NCBI GenBank assembly: GCA_964187785.1
Contig: OZ076409.1
Coordinates: 14,014,001-14,078,000, forward strand
Direction of reading: 5' to 3'
Source of the DNA: Amphiscolops sp. MND2022
Taxonomy: Eukaryota
DNA length: 64,000 nt
The position numbers were made by a program, and so were the translations under genes. This document shows positions 11,949-25,756 of the stretch, piece after piece. Under the pieces are notes generated by a model. That model was not told the DNA's origin and made no database searches. It saw only the letters and a list, made by a program, of their open reading frames with translations. Numbering within the stretch: position 1 is the stretch's first letter; every line of letters begins with the position of its first letter.

Positions 11949-14900
11949 TCTCCTGTCTCCCTTGAAGTTCAACCCACCCGACTTGCCATAAAATCTTTCT
12001 CTCAAGAAATGAAAATGTTGGAAGAAAACTTTCGAGAACGGTTTACGTATCAATGCCACAACCGAAGATGCTGACAAATTAGTTTTTCTTCGTACATTTG
12101 TCGGCTCTGACTATTTCACTTTCCTCGAAAGTTCTGCAACGTTTGCAGTCGCTCTGAGAACATTGGACAGGCAGTTTCTGAAGCCCACGAGAGTCCTATT
12201 TGCCCGTCATCAAAAACTCATTGCCAGCCAAAAGGACGACGAATCCATCATACAATTTCCTGGAAGGCTGAAACGTCTTGTTGAAGACTGCGAACGCACC
12301 AGCTTGACCGTCCAACAACATAAAGACTATCTAGTACGAGAAGCCTCCATATCGGGGCTCTGGTCTGATGACATTCGGGCAAGACTATTGGAACTGGAAG
12401 GCTCCAAGGCCAACATCGATAGCTGCATATCACTTGCATGAGATATCGAACTATCCAGTGACTTTTTCAAATCTTTCAGAAGTCCCAAAAATTCAACCGC
12501 AGCCGCAACCAAGCCGTTTTCCCCAGACAACACGACGGCAACCTGATCGACCCGGCACCTCTGCTGCCCAACAGGTTTCGAACAAGCCTCGTCCGAGCTG
12601 TCAGTTCTGCGGGCTAAAACAGCACCCACGCTCAAAGTACCCAGCCAAAAGGGATACTTGTCACAAATGCTCCAAAATAGAACACTGGGCGTCGGTATGT
12701 AGATCAACCGCTGCCGTCTTACAACAGTCATCTGATGATGAACCCGAGACGGCCTCCGTCTTGTGCATTACTGGCCTCAAAAATGTCGGAAGCAATGAAC
12801 AAGTTCAATGAATGATTGATACCGGGTCCACGGGCTCTTTTATCAGCGCCTCAACAGCTGCCGAATATGGTCTGAAGGTTCGCTCGAAGCGCAAGGTAAC
12901 CGCCTTGGCAAATGGTGACTCCCTTGTTACGGGGGTTTTGAGCTCAAATTGAGCTAAACCAAAAGACCTACCAAGTTGTCTTTACTGTCGCAAAACACCT
13001 TGTTGCGGATGTTATTCTCGGCCTTGACGTTCTCCGACAACATCACTCTGTCAGACTGGAGTTAGACGGTGACCGACCAGAGACCGTTATATGTGCCGGG
13101 CTCAATCAATGAATTGGCGTTCCCGGCGATGAAAATTGCCACTCCAACCAGACTTTCCAAATCAATTTATAGTGCCAAACCGATTGCTACAGAATCGCGT
13201 CGTCACAAACCGCAAGACATCGCCGTCATGGAGTCCGAGGTTAACCGCATGCTTGCTGACGTTATAATCCAAGTTTCCACGTCTCCTTGGCGGGTTCAAG
13301 CCTTTGTTGTTAAGGACGGACCCAAGCCACGGATGGTGATCTACTATTCTCAGACAATTATTCGTCATACGTCCAAGGATGCGTTCCCTTTCCCAAATAT
13401 GTAAGACCTGCTTGATCAAGCAGTTGAGAACACTATTTTTTCGAAAATCGATTTGAAGTCACGTATCATCAAATCCCACTCCATCGCAAGGACATGTCAT
13501 TCACCGCGTTCGAAGTAAACGGACGACCTTTTGGTTTCACAAGCCTTCCCTTTGGGGTCACAAACGGTGTAGCCGCGGTTCAACGAGAAATGACAGCTTT
13601 TATGCGCAGGCACAACCCGAAGCGAACGCACCCATATCTTGATGATGTGATAATCGGTGGCAGATCCGGGGAGGAACATCAAGAAAAGCTGAAGATCTTC
13701 CTGAGAGCGGCCGAGGTTGAAGGTCTGACGCTGAACAAAACTGAATGCGTTTTTGACTGTCAGACAGTACCAGTGCTCGGTCATATCGTGGGAGCTGGGT
13801 CTAAACGCCCCAATCCGACCCGAATGAAGACTGTTGGATTTCCTTATCTCCGAAAACTCGTCCCAGTTGAAACGCATTCTTCGGTTCTTTACGTACAACG
13901 CAAAGTGGATTACACACTACTCAAATAATGTTGCTTCTCTGCTCGTAGCACAGAAACAACTGGCTCTTCAGCTCAATCAAGCTTTTCGGCTGACTATCGC
14001 AACTCTCAAGAAAGAAGTTGCCTCTGCCGTACTCTGGCTGCCCCGGGCAAACGAGCCTCTCGTTCTCCAAACCGACGCATTGGGAACCGGTATCGGAGCG
14101 ACACTCACTCAGGGCGCCAAACCTGTTGGTTTCTTCTCGAGAACTCTGAAACATAGCGAAATGGCGTACTGGGTTAATGAACGCAAAGCTATGGCTCTTT
14201 TGGAAGGCTTTCGCCGTTTCTCGGACCTGTTACGTACGTCACGGTATTTAGTTCGTACCGACAAAGAAGCCCTTTTGTTCATAATTGGAACCAACTGTTC
14301 CAGATTAAAAAATGACAAGTTGATTCGCTGGCGCTTGGAACTTTCGGAATACAACTGCGAAACAAGCTATCAGAGAGGTTGTCAGAACGTGCCTGCTGAC
14401 GCCCTGTCTCGATTAGCGTCCATACAGCAGAGCTGTAAAACCTTACACGAAACACTTGCGCATCCGGGAGTGATACGACTGTACGAGTACTTTCAAAGAC
14501 ACAAACAATATCTTTAGATGAAGCGAAAAGGGTCACCAAGAACTGCAAAACGTGCGCTCTATGGAAACCGCGCTTTTTGTGGCCGAACAGCAGTGATCTT
14601 ATCCGATCCTCCAAACCTTGGGAACGACAATCAATCGATATTGTTGGCCCTAAACCAATAAGTAGAAGCAAAAACGAATACTTTCTCACAGTGGTGGATG
14701 AGTTTAGTAGGTTTGCCATCACCTTAACTCTCTGGAACATCACGTCTAGTAGCGTCATCAATTGTCTTTCGACACTTTTCGCTGTCTTCGGAACCCCTGG
14801 GTTCATTCGTTCCGACCGGGGCACTCTGTTCGTCTCATCGGAATTTCAAAATTTCTGCCGCCAAAATGGAGTTGCGACCTTCAAAAGTACGCCCTACAAC

Positions 14901-15403
14901 CCTCAGGGCATTGGTCAAAACGAGCGCTACAACGAAATTGTGTGGAAGGCCGTTCAGTGCCTGCTACAATCCACGAAATGCCCACACTCTGACTGGGAAG
15001 GTGTCCTACCATCAGCGCTCTCGTCGTTTAGGACACTTATCAATACGGTCACCAAGGAGCGTCCCCACGATCGCATCTTTTGTTTCAAACGCGGCGAGCC
15101 GCTGATCCGTCCCTCCAGTAGCGCACCTTGGCTCAGAGGAGACACTCCCGCGTACCTCCGGAAATTCGTAAGGGCAAAAGAACCACCTCCAATAGTGCCT
15201 GTACAGATATCCGAACTCATCTCCCCTCACCTTGCAGGAGACTCCTTTGGCGATAGGCTAGTTGACATGATTTTTACCAGTGACCTCTCTCGAAGACCTC
15301 CGGATGTTGACAATGAAAAAACGATCTCGCAACATCGCAAATCAGTCCGGACTCTCCGGCTCCCACCTTGCGATGCTCGGCAAGGAACACGAAACCACCT
15401 ACA
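11946..15403 (+). pseudogene. gag-pol: Decayed Ty3/Gypsy gag-pol (element C): Gag, protease, RT, RNase H, integrase; many stops and frameshifts; truncated by gap
   Basis: Gag LFARH..QKDDESI...ISGLWSDDIRARLLE and zinc knuckle CHKCSKIEHWASVC; protease IDTGS; RT LPFGV and YLDDV; RNase H LQTDA, ADALSR; integrase IDIVGP, VVDEFSRF, SDRG, PQGIGQNER. Confidence 0.9.
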
Positions 15404-15603
15404 NNNNNNNNNNNNNNNNNNNNNNNNNNNNNNNNNNNNNNNNNNNNNNNNNNNNNNNNNNNNNNNNNNNNNNNNNNNNNNNNNNNNNNNNNNNNNNNNN
15501 NNNNNNNNNNNNNNNNNNNNNNNNNNNNNNNNNNNNNNNNNNNNNNNNNNNNNNNNNNNNNNNNNNNNNNNNNNNNNNNNNNNNNNNNNNNNNNNNNNNN
15601 NNN
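15404..15603. other. Assembly gap (200 N)
   Basis: Run of exactly 200 N; the round size suggests a scaffolding placeholder. Confidence 1.
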
Positions 15604-16754
15604 TCAACAAAGACGGAAAAGTGTATTGGTTTCAAATAACGACAGAATAGTAGTTCAAGGTAAAAAGTTTATAATGTAATTGCAACACATTGAAAGAATT
15701 TTGTTGGATAATGGCAGTTAAATATTTGAAACTTTAGCCCCTAAACCCACCAGTGTCAAATTTTCGGGAAGTTTTTTATCAATCTAAGGCCAAGCAGAAA
15801 ATCAGAAACACAAAACACATAAATATACCTTTTTAACAGACGTAGTTTAAAAATAGACGTTGTGGTAAAAGGGGCTTGGTCTTCAATCTGCATAAATTAA
15901 ACAATTACGTGCAATATTTGGTTTCATATGCACATAAATTGTTCATTTAAACTTTTCCCCATTTGTTTCCGAATTATTGTAACGTCCAGTGAAGGGAACC
16001 CTTACTGGAGTTGTGACAATGCTTAGATTGCATGGATTGGAAAATAAAATTGTTACAGAAACCTAAACACCAGTTTTTTACCCAAAATGCGCTCTGCTGA
16101 GGGACATTTCACACGTCGTGGAGACTCTTCATTTTAGAGCTACGAGGCAACATGCTGGCACAATCAAAGCCAAGGCACGTCCCACGAGCACGTAAAAACC
16201 TTCTCTAGGGTTCCTGAGAATTCCTACATACTTCTGAGGTCTATAAAGGCAATCGGCTGAAATACGACTTAATAGCTGAATAAGGCGAACACATGAGATC
16301 TAACCGGTCAAACATTTACTCATATCAGAAATAAATGACAACTGAAAACAATAATGGCTAAAAAAAACTTGGCAAAGCCTCAACGAGCTATTTTTTGCTG
16401 AGTATATTTTTTGGTAATAATGCTATTTCTACACGATTTTTGGGTATTCGGGGCATGTTCAGGGTGTTTCCTTGTGCTCGGGGTGTGCATTGCTTCTTTC
16501 TTCGTTCTACTTCGTACCCGCTAATTCGGACGTTTTTGTGCGATACTTTCTTCAAAATTTTGGCGTGGCTTGGTCACGAGGCCGGAGGACGTCTCCTTAA
16601 GTAACGCAAAAATTTCTATTTCTTCATCGCCAAGAGAAAAACAGATGTTGCTTTGTGTCTCCTCACAAAGTGGTACAGTAGTCTTCGGATAATAACACAC
16701 CCCATGGTGCATTACAAATATGTGCAATTATCCGGAGTGTGTAAATATCTGAAG

Positions 16755-17152
16755 TAGAGCTACGAGCGTTCAAGCCGAAGCAATTCGGCGGCGGAACACG
16801 AGTCTATCGGCGGCGGCTCAGCCGACTGAAAACAGTTCGTTGTCCCGTGAGTTGTATAATAGAATCAATCTAATCTGTAAAAGTTTAAAGTAAAATCATT
16901 GGAGTTTGTTGGTGATTTAATATCAGATTTTCTTGCAATCTGACTTGAATTTAAAAAAAACCGCCTGAGGAAGTTGTGGCCAGCAACCATGTGCGTTGAT
17001 TGCGACATCCAATATGTCTGGAGGATTGTCCAATGTTATTCGGGACTGGGAAAACATCGAAGAATTCAGTATTCTGATATAGGGATAAAACACATCTATT
17101 GCGACTTGCGTTAATTGGCGGCGGCGGTTTGGACGGCTGGTGCGCAGCTCTA
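16755..17152. mobile_element. hAT-type MITE (398 bp)
   Basis: TIRs TAGAGCTACG / CGCAGCTCTA, subterminal GGCGGCGG repeats, and a degenerate 8-bp TSD ATCTGAAG / ATCCGAAC. Confidence 0.7.
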
Positions 17153-20100
17153 ATCCGAACTAACAAAAATGTTGAAAGACTTTAATTTTATTGTAAGAAA
17201 TAAGGCAAAATTCATTTCTTGATAAAGAAAACCAAAATTGTTTTTTTTTGTATGTGTTTGAACAATTTTTGCTCGACATGAGTTTCAATGTCATTGAGTT
17301 TCAGTTGAATATCCTCCTCTGATCGAGTTTTTCCAGTCTTATATCGTTCAAAATTGACATTTTCTGACCACAATTTAAATCATTTCTACGTTTTCGAACG
17401 ACAGACACGCTTCAAACAACGGTAAATGAGGCAAAACGAATAACTAATTTTACAATGTACCTGCCCCAAAAAATAATTACGAATGTATTGTAGCTGCCGC
17501 TTAAGATGAATTCTCAGAAATGTGTAAGTATATGCAGCTGAAGTCGCATTGGTTTAAAATAATGACGTATGTAATGTAGCTGCAGCCAGGTATGATTTCT
17601 CAGAAATAAGTTAATATGTGCAGCTAAATTCCTATTGGTTCAAAGGGGATCATTAGTATGTTTTCGAGGAACTGGACTTCGGTTTTTTGCTTTGTACGAG
17701 GTTCGACGTCGACTCGAGTTTGTTTTGAACGTCCGTTGTTCAAATTATTGCTGTCGAACAAATGAACAAAAGGTGGACCTTACACGTATAAAAAAACTAC
17801 CCACGGTAAGAGTCAGGCACTCTTGTTCAAAACCTTACCAATGTAAACTAGAGATAATTCTGAGAAACTTTTACCTCCGATGTTTTTCAATACCTTTCAA
17901 CTGATCTCCTAATCACAATACAGTACTGTAGAGACTAAATGAGAAACAACATTAAAATTTCCACCACTGTTTAACCTCCATGACAGATTTTATTGGGTGC
18001 CCTAGTACGGTCGTGTTGGAGGTTGTTGTTGCTGGTCTTCGTAATCGTATGTAGCATCATCACCAATTAGAGCTCAATAGATGTGCATGGCAGGAAGTTG
18101 ATGACGTTGTCGTAAGTAGTCTGTTGTGGTATTTCGTCGTGTACATCATACATTCCACGGGCGTTTCCCAATGACGACACCTTGTCAAGATATAATTCCC
18201 TGTTGGAACTGCAAATTCCGAGTTTGAGTTAGTGAGATTGGCAACATTCAATGACAGGCTTCTGGATCAACCTCAATATTTTTCGCTGCCCTAGTTCAGT
18301 GTCTGTCTTTAGCAGATTTTCCGCAAACTTTACTTTCAATTGTATTGGTTTTATCCTCAAAGTCCTTCTAGGACAGATTGGAGTTTTCAGTTTAGCGCTG
18401 GCTACTAGACTCGCTTTCATCCCATCGGATGAGTCCCTTCTCTGTCTCTAGATTTCTCAGGCCTCAGACTAATGAAAAATACTTTGAGTGAAGTAACAGT
18501 TTCCTTAATGTCTCGTTTCTCTTTCTGCATCTTCTCTTTCTGATGGATCCTGACTATCCGCTTGAAGATTTCTTTTGGAACTTGATTAGTAAATTAACCA
18601 ATGCTAAATCAATGAACAAAGGGTTATTGAAGCAAAACAATTACGAAACAAAAAATCATCGAAGACTAATTGGAATATTTCTGAACAACCTGTTGGTCAC
18701 TATCGGTGCAAAGTATCACGGGTATCATTCGAAGACAAAGCAATAATTGTGTCACTCTAAGACCAGGGCGTCAGGTATAAATATTTTTCGCAAGACACGC
18801 GAGATAAACCCCGCGCATGAACTCACACCTCGTTATGCTCGGCGTCCTTCCGAGGCGAAGACTTCTAAACAAGGTAAGCTCTCATGGATTTCGGTTTTCC
18901 GTTTTAAACCATTTTAAAGAAAAAGTGGGAAACAATTTCCTGCCAAAGCACAATACCACGTCCACTCTTCATTTCCCCGCCAATTCGCTACGCTGAAGCT
19001 GAAGTTGGCTTTGAACGTTCATAAACCTAGCTAATGACCCGACAAAAAGATGGAACTGTCACCGAGGAAAACTAGGAAATGCAACAAATTCAAGCAGCAA
19101 ATTATACTGAATACAAAAGTAGCATCTCAAATATGGAAATGTTTAATTAATAGGATCAACTATTGTTCTGAACAACATCGACAGATTTAAAATCCTGGCT
19201 GCACTCAGGACAACTAAACGGTTGACCAGAGTGTTGACTCAGGTCGTATATTTTCAAAGAATCACTTAACCAAAAAGAATATTATCAAAGGCAACAAACA
19301 TAAATAATCAATGTACTAGCAAAAACTATTACATGTATATAATGGAAATGTTCGCTCTGATTCAATAGATTCTTCACCTCGTCCGATTAATTTCAGTACG
19401 CTATCCTGGAAGATGATTCAGACCAAAATAGTATGGAGTTGCCTGAGATGTTGACTCCGATTTCAGAATCACCCAAGTTTGGAACAACAACGAGACAGCA
19501 TCGATTGTTGTTATTGATTTATCGAATAATCTTTCATATTAGGCTTCTTTCAAGCTGTGGGTTGGTACAAAAAGCACTAAAAAATGGTTAAAATTTTAAT
19601 AAATGTTCGAGCGGCAGGATGGTCGACTGAGCGGTTGGCTCAGCTAAACTCAACTGGTATGCGGCCTGTTACAGCTACTCAGTTAATTGAAATACATTTG
19701 AGCTTGAATATGTTTGACTTCTTTATTTAGCCACTATACATGCTTTTCAGGTACTGCGAGATGGTATTATTATTAATCGGACATTTATTCACGTGTTTAA
19801 AAACTGCAATTGATGTTTTGTGGTTTATTTCATTTTAGGTCTGTTTTTGTTCCGACCCAATATTCTAAGAACTCTTCACATAAATACGTATAAATAGTTT
19901 TAATTTCGGGTTTATTGCAAATACTTTGTTTCACTGTCTTCCATCATTCGTCCTTCGGTCGCTTCCTCACAACAAAGTTTTCTTCCTCACAACGCTGAGG
20001 TGGTTGTGACGGTGTTATTTATGTTACTGTAGAACATTTTGTTAGCAGTGCAATTAATTGTTTTCATTGAGGTTACAACAACCTGTTGAATGTTTTTCCT

Positions 20101-22450
20101 CTTATTTGGGTTTTATGTATTTTCTATAACATATTTTGCTATATTCATCTGTTTTACAACTACAAAAAAAGGCATTTGTGAAAGGATTGACCGTCAAAAA
20201 ACATGCTGATGTTTATTGTGGATAGACATAAGAAACTGCTTTCCAGAGGATCAGGAAACTCACGCTAAAATTACTTGGTTTTTGTATATTTTCGACAGTT
20301 TCTCTGTGTATTATACAGTTTTTGTCATAATATTGTGCATGGGACAATTGGTCCGTATATTCTTCAGAAATCCCTAATAAAATAGTTACCGCTCAATCAG
20401 TTTGCGAATCAAATCTTCCCGTTTCGCTAAATAGCGGTGTCACAACCCTGGTGTCTTACAACAGAGAAGAAATGTACCTTATTTTTAATTTGCAGTAATA
20501 TCTTATTCCCTGAAAAAGCACTTCATGTGTTTTTAGTAACGTTACTTTTTCGAGTTTTTATTGCTTTATGGGGTACGATTGTCTCGAAACTGTTACCATC
20601 TTTAAAATTCACAGTTTTTCACAAATTGGCATTTATACCGTATTTTATGTCTTACCATAGTATATACCGTTATAGGAGTGGAATGGTTGTAAAAAAATTC
20701 ATAATGAATCAAACAATTTCCCACACATTTCCTGCTCAAGCTGAAGTTCAAACTGAATTCGCATGGAAATTTACCAGTTTTAGAAAACAATTTTTCACTG
20801 GTTGAGCCGATTTTGTTTTCATTGTCAGCAACCAGGAAAATGTAAACAAATTACCTCAAAAGGTCAATAAACAAAATATGTAAGCGGTATTTAAGGAATT
20901 ACTGTCGTTTTTTACCAAAGGGAAACAAACGATTACAAAAATTAAATTGAGTGAGATAATGAGAAACAGCTGTTAATATTGCCTTAGTTTCTTAATAAAA
21001 AAATGGGAAGACGTTTTTGCAGGCACCTTAGAACGTCAATCATTTTACGATTAGCTCCATCTTGTATATTAAATCTTTTCTTTTAAAAATATTAAAAATC
21101 AAGGATTGAAAAGAACCTCCGTTGATCCGTGAAGTTCTTTGATGACACCAAAACGTTGGTGATATTGTGCCCGGAGCTTCTACTTGCAAACAGAGTCAAT
21201 GACGCAGACTAGTATAATGTAAAAACAATCCTGGTTAATACCAAAAACTAGTTTGTCGAACAAACAAAACAAGATAAATTAATGCAAAAATTGAACAGCT
21301 CCCAAACTTTTTGTTAAGTAGGATCATCGAAACCGGCTGCGTTTTACCAGAAGCCCTTCACTGCTTAAAAATGACAAAAACCAGAAACTTCTAACCAGAA
21401 TTCTAGTTGAAACGGCTTGATCTCTTTAAATGTTTTATAAGGTTGCTATAAACTTTAAACATACCTTTCAAAACATTTCAAAAAGATCATGCGAATATAA
21501 TTTTATTGCTTGAAAGATTGATCAAAAGTTGTACCGCAGTTCGAAACTGTGAAGATTTGCAAGTTTTATTATTCCGGGTTGACTCTCTTGCTAGCATCTT
21601 GGCCGTCTTGGCAAGATCTTGCCAAATTCTTACTACCCATGGCAAGATTCTTATTAAGATCTTACTAAGATAATACATTATTCCAAGATCATATCTTATC
21701 ACGATGGGCAAAATTCAAAGAATTTAAAAAACACTATACCTTCGGTACAAGCAGCCGAGACTCTATCTAAAGGCTAATTTCACCCAACAACGACTATTTC
21801 TACTAGTTTTCATTATCAAAATGCTTCAACCCGCTGAAATAAATTTGCATGCAAAAATGTGCGAAAAATTACAATAACGTATTCTGGCTTCCGAAATTCT
21901 GACGAGAATCCTAATAACTCCTCACCTGCTTAAGACTGAAAAATGTGAATGTACCAAATGGAAGCTCGTTCTAGGGACTTTTGAAATCTTGTTACGATTC
22001 CAGACACGGAGAAAAATGCTCTTAAACGTCCAGAGCCACTATCGGAATGTTACACAGGGAATTATTATAAATCCGGAGATTTTTCAAATTCATATATGCA
22101 GCTTTCTTTGAGCCTGTTTTAGCAGTCCTATTACTGCTAAAAAAGGCGGTCATTGCCGCGTTTTGGGTAATGATTCTTGCCCGAGGCTTTTCTTTTTGGC
22201 TATTGATAGAACAATTTAATCAGTGCCTCCCTAAATATACAGCATAAGCAGTCTTCAATCAAATTTTATACCTTGCTAACAGAAAATTGTCATGTCTAAT
22301 AATGTAAATCTGCATAGATGTATATTTTTGTTGACTTCTTTTCAGATCTTTTCTGCCCAAATAGGATTTTACAATGAAATTTTTCTTGGAAACATGGCTC
22401 TTTTGATAAGATCTTACCATGACATCTCGCAATTTTTGGCAATATCTTGG

Positions 22451-24632
22451 TGTCGCAGGCTGCCTCCTGCAAATTAACCAATCACAGTGCAGTATAGCTA
22501 GTATTAGTATTATCTCTCAGCAATACATTATGTGGCCGGTTATGGCCGCTTGCCTTAATCTAACTACTATGCTCGTGAACGCTGGTCCAATGGCCGGTTC
22601 CGGCCTATTTAGCTTTTATCAAGTAATCTGTGCTATTTAATCAGTAGTGCTGTGTATTTTCTTGGAAAGTACTTGAAGCTGTCTTAATACGTCAGATGCC
22701 ATGATTAAAAGTGTTAGAAGAGGTATTGGTAATTGTTTTAATTATAGTTGCTATTGATAAAATCCCGTACCAGATACGTCACTTGAGCACGCGGCCTTGT
22801 CCAATCAAATTACTCCATTTGCTACGCAGTTAATACTTCCATTCATTAATGGCCGAATAAGGCCTGTGGACATAACTTCGCTACTTTTAATAAATATCCA
22901 GTCAGACGGCCGGTTCCGGCCATTTCACAAAAAGCGCAATTGTGATGCTAATTATTAACCAGGATTCATGTGCTTGTACTCTTAGGCTGAATAACCCCTC
23001 TAGTGCAGTATTAACTAACTACACCACAGACTTAGCTCTTTCAGACGGTTAAGGCCGTTTGACCAGTATTTTAATAATGTTTACTTAATACGAGGCAATT
23101 AGCCTATTCAGGCCAGATTGTGTAAAGCGCTGTACACATTTTTAATTGATTGGCCGTATATGGCCACTTGACGTTATATTAGATTGGTAATGCAGGACAA
23201 AAGGCAAATGGCCGGTTTAGGCCATTTTGCTTTTTATTATTAGAGATGCTTTTAAGCATGAATGAGTTTGTTTTACAGTCATGTAAGATTATATTTATAT
23301 ACTTGAAGATGTTAATGAGCTTTTTAAATCCAATTAGTGCAATAATAACGACCCGTAGTAGCAATCCGAATACCCGTCACCTGTCCTATTCCGGCCTTCA
23401 CTATTGGCCAGCTCCCAAGTCCAATGGCCGTATTAGGCCATATTGCTATATTATGTTCATTTCTATTGCATGAAACTGTGTCTTTGTTTTGTTGATTCTA
23501 CGCACGTGTGTAGGCACGTGCCGCTAAATAGTTTACATTCCTCTCACTGTAAACAATTTGAAAGTATTAGTTTTGATGTTTGGTCAAAGTGTTGTTTGCC
23601 TAATATAATAAGGCTAAATTCCTCCGCTCCCCTTTGATGATAGTATTTGCAGTTAGAAAATGCTTTTGAGTGCATTCCATATTTTATGTAAACTTTAAAT
23701 GATTTTGCTGCGAATGAATTAGGTATGAATTCCCTTTGGCCCTAACGGGACAAATTCCTAAGTGCTTTGATGCAGTTGACGCCGCTAAAAATGAATGAAT
23801 GTTAGTGGTCACCCGCCATGGTCATGTGCCCTTTATGGAATTTGTAAATAGATTGTCATGCAAGGAATGTGAGTGTCACCCTCTCAGGGGTATATATATT
23901 GGTATTTTTCCGAGAGGGACACAATTGTATTTTGCTTCTCCAAGTTTAGTTTGATATACCTGTTTACGAGACAACGTACAAAATCCTATTTTCCGAATAA
24001 AACCTAATTCACTGTTTTACCTCGGACTTTCTTTCTAATGCCTACAACAAGAAAGCAGAAGAAAACCAGAAAATCTAGAGGAGTTGAGATAATTTCGGAC
24101 ATTGAAAATGTAGATATGATGCTCGGAGAAAACCATTTCAGTAGAAATGAGAGAGATGAAAGCCTCAGTAGTAATCAAACCAGAAGACCTGAAAGTACTT
24201 TTGGTGATCAATTTGAAACTAATGATGAAAACAGGTACTTAAATTCAAGAAATGACGGACTTAGTCCAAATGCCGATTACGGCCAAAACTCTGCTGGAGG
24301 TAATTCTAGTGCTGAGATAAATAGACTGTCGAGTGAATTGAATTCCCGAATATCTAGAGAGATGGACGAGATGATGAATAGTGTCAGTGTTCAGATACAG
24401 AGAGCCATAAATGATGCAATTAGCAATCAGGTTTTACCCCAGATTCAAAATGCCATTGTGGCCGGATCGGGACATTTGACCAGAGAAAGATGGAACGTTC
24501 CGGCCGAGAGACCGGAAGGATATTCCGAAGTTCTGCGAAACTCAGATTCCAGAGATAACTCGAGAAGTAAGCCATTTATGGACTGTCAGAAAGACGGTCC
24601 AACTACATCCACAAACGCGCGTGCTTACGACA
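22451..24632 (+). repeat. 5' LTR of element B
   Basis: Direct repeat of 28391-30572; about 3 substitutions seen by eye. Confidence 0.97.
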
Positions 24633-25756
24633 TGGTGACAGGAGAAAACGAATCTCCAACTGATATTCCTGAGTTTCTCACGGGACGAATGCCATCAAGA
24701 AGTCATCTCAACCGATCTCATGATGACCTCAATCCCCTGCTCGACACGACGATCCCAGCACAAGAAAGGACCGTTCCGGCCCCGGAACAAGACCCTATCA
24801 ACAGGCTAGCTGATGTCTTGACCAGTATGCAGAGCCGTCCAACAGCCCAACAACCCACTATCCGCCCAGTCAACTCAAACACTATGACTTTTGACGGCAA
24901 AAGCAAGAAGTTCGGGCTGTTCGTATATCTATTCCACACGATGATCAAGTTGATGTCCGAGCAGATGAAAATTAATCATTTTCATTCGCTTTTGAGAAAA
25001 AACGCTCTGCAAACATTCCGAAACATTAGCACAGCTAACAGACAAACTCTCGAGGACGTATTAGTCATCTTCAGAGGGAAATACGTCAAACCCGAATCTC
25101 AAGCAACTGCCAAACATAAATGGCACCGTCTGGTATTTGATCCAAATACGACAAAACTACCACATTTTTTTGAAGAGCTGAATCAAGGCGCAGAAAAAGC
25201 ATTCGGAGACCATGCCCAAAAGATTATTGACAGTCTCCTATACGCAAAACTGCCGCCCAAGCAAAAAAGATCAGTAAATATGGCCAGATTAGAGAACGGC
25301 TCCTATGACGAAATTGTCGCTCATCTTGAGAGAGAATTGGAGCTAAACGCGCTTGAAGAATCTGATGACCTACCAATGGCATCAATGACGTCTTCAGCCA
25401 CAAAAACAAAAACTGTTCCATCAAACGTCCAAATGAGTGACATTACCTGCAACTATTGCAAAGAAAAGGGCCACATCGTCAAAGACTGTGAAAAGCGCAA
25501 AAAGAAGAAGGAGAAAGATGCCCAACAAGGCAAGCCCACACAGAAAAAGGTTTATCCTAAATGTGGGACATGTGGCAAGACAAACCACCCTGAGGAGAGA
25601 TGCTGGCAAGGTGCTGGTGCGCATCTCAAGCCCAAACGCACCAGGCCAGAGGACTCGTCGGACAGCGATCCTGACCCCAAATCCTCAAAACCCCATCACA
25701 AGCCAACATCATCCAATTCCCAATCCTCATCAAGCAAAGATGAGCCAAAAAACTAA
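24038..25756 (+). CDS. gag: Gag, 572 aa, two zinc knuckles
   Basis: CNYCKEKGHIVKDC and CGTCGKTNHPEERC; capsid-like region homologous to D Gag (FDGKS.KF.LF..LF, KINHFHSLLR); ends at the A AAA AAC TAA slippery site. Confidence 0.92.
   Translation: MPTTRKQKKTRKSRGVEIISDIENVDMMLGENHFSRNERDESLSSNQTRRPESTFGDQFETNDENRYLNSRNDGLSPNADYGQNSAGGNSSAEINRLSSELNSRISREMDEMMNSVSVQIQRAINDAISNQVLPQIQNAIVAGSGHLTRERWNVPAERPEGYSEVLRNSDSRDNSRSKPFMDCQKDGPTTSTNARAYDMVTGENESPTDIPEFLTGRMPSRSHLNRSHDDLNPLLDTTIPAQERTVPAPEQDPINRLADVLTSMQSRPTAQQPTIRPVNSNTMTFDGKSKKFGLFVYLFHTMIKLMSEQMKINHFHSLLRKNALQTFRNISTANRQTLEDVLVIFRGKYVKPESQATAKHKWHRLVFDPNTTKLPHFFEELNQGAEKAFGDHAQKIIDSLLYAKLPPKQKRSVNMARLENGSYDEIVAHLERELELNALEESDDLPMASMTSSATKTKTVPSNVQMSDITCNYCKEKGHIVKDCEKRKKKKEKDAQQGKPTQKKVYPKCGTCGKTNHPEERCWQGAGAHLKPKRTRPEDSSDSDPDPKSSKPHHKPTSSNSQSSSSKDEPKN

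Noticed and set aside
15227..15679. ORFs spanning the N run
   Set aside because: Artefacts of translating a 200-N gap; sequence after the gap is not retroelement-like.
17940..21570. Possible decayed coding fragments or left part of the hAT relic
   Set aside because: No convincing motifs and no left TIR matching CAGTGCTCCCA found by eye.
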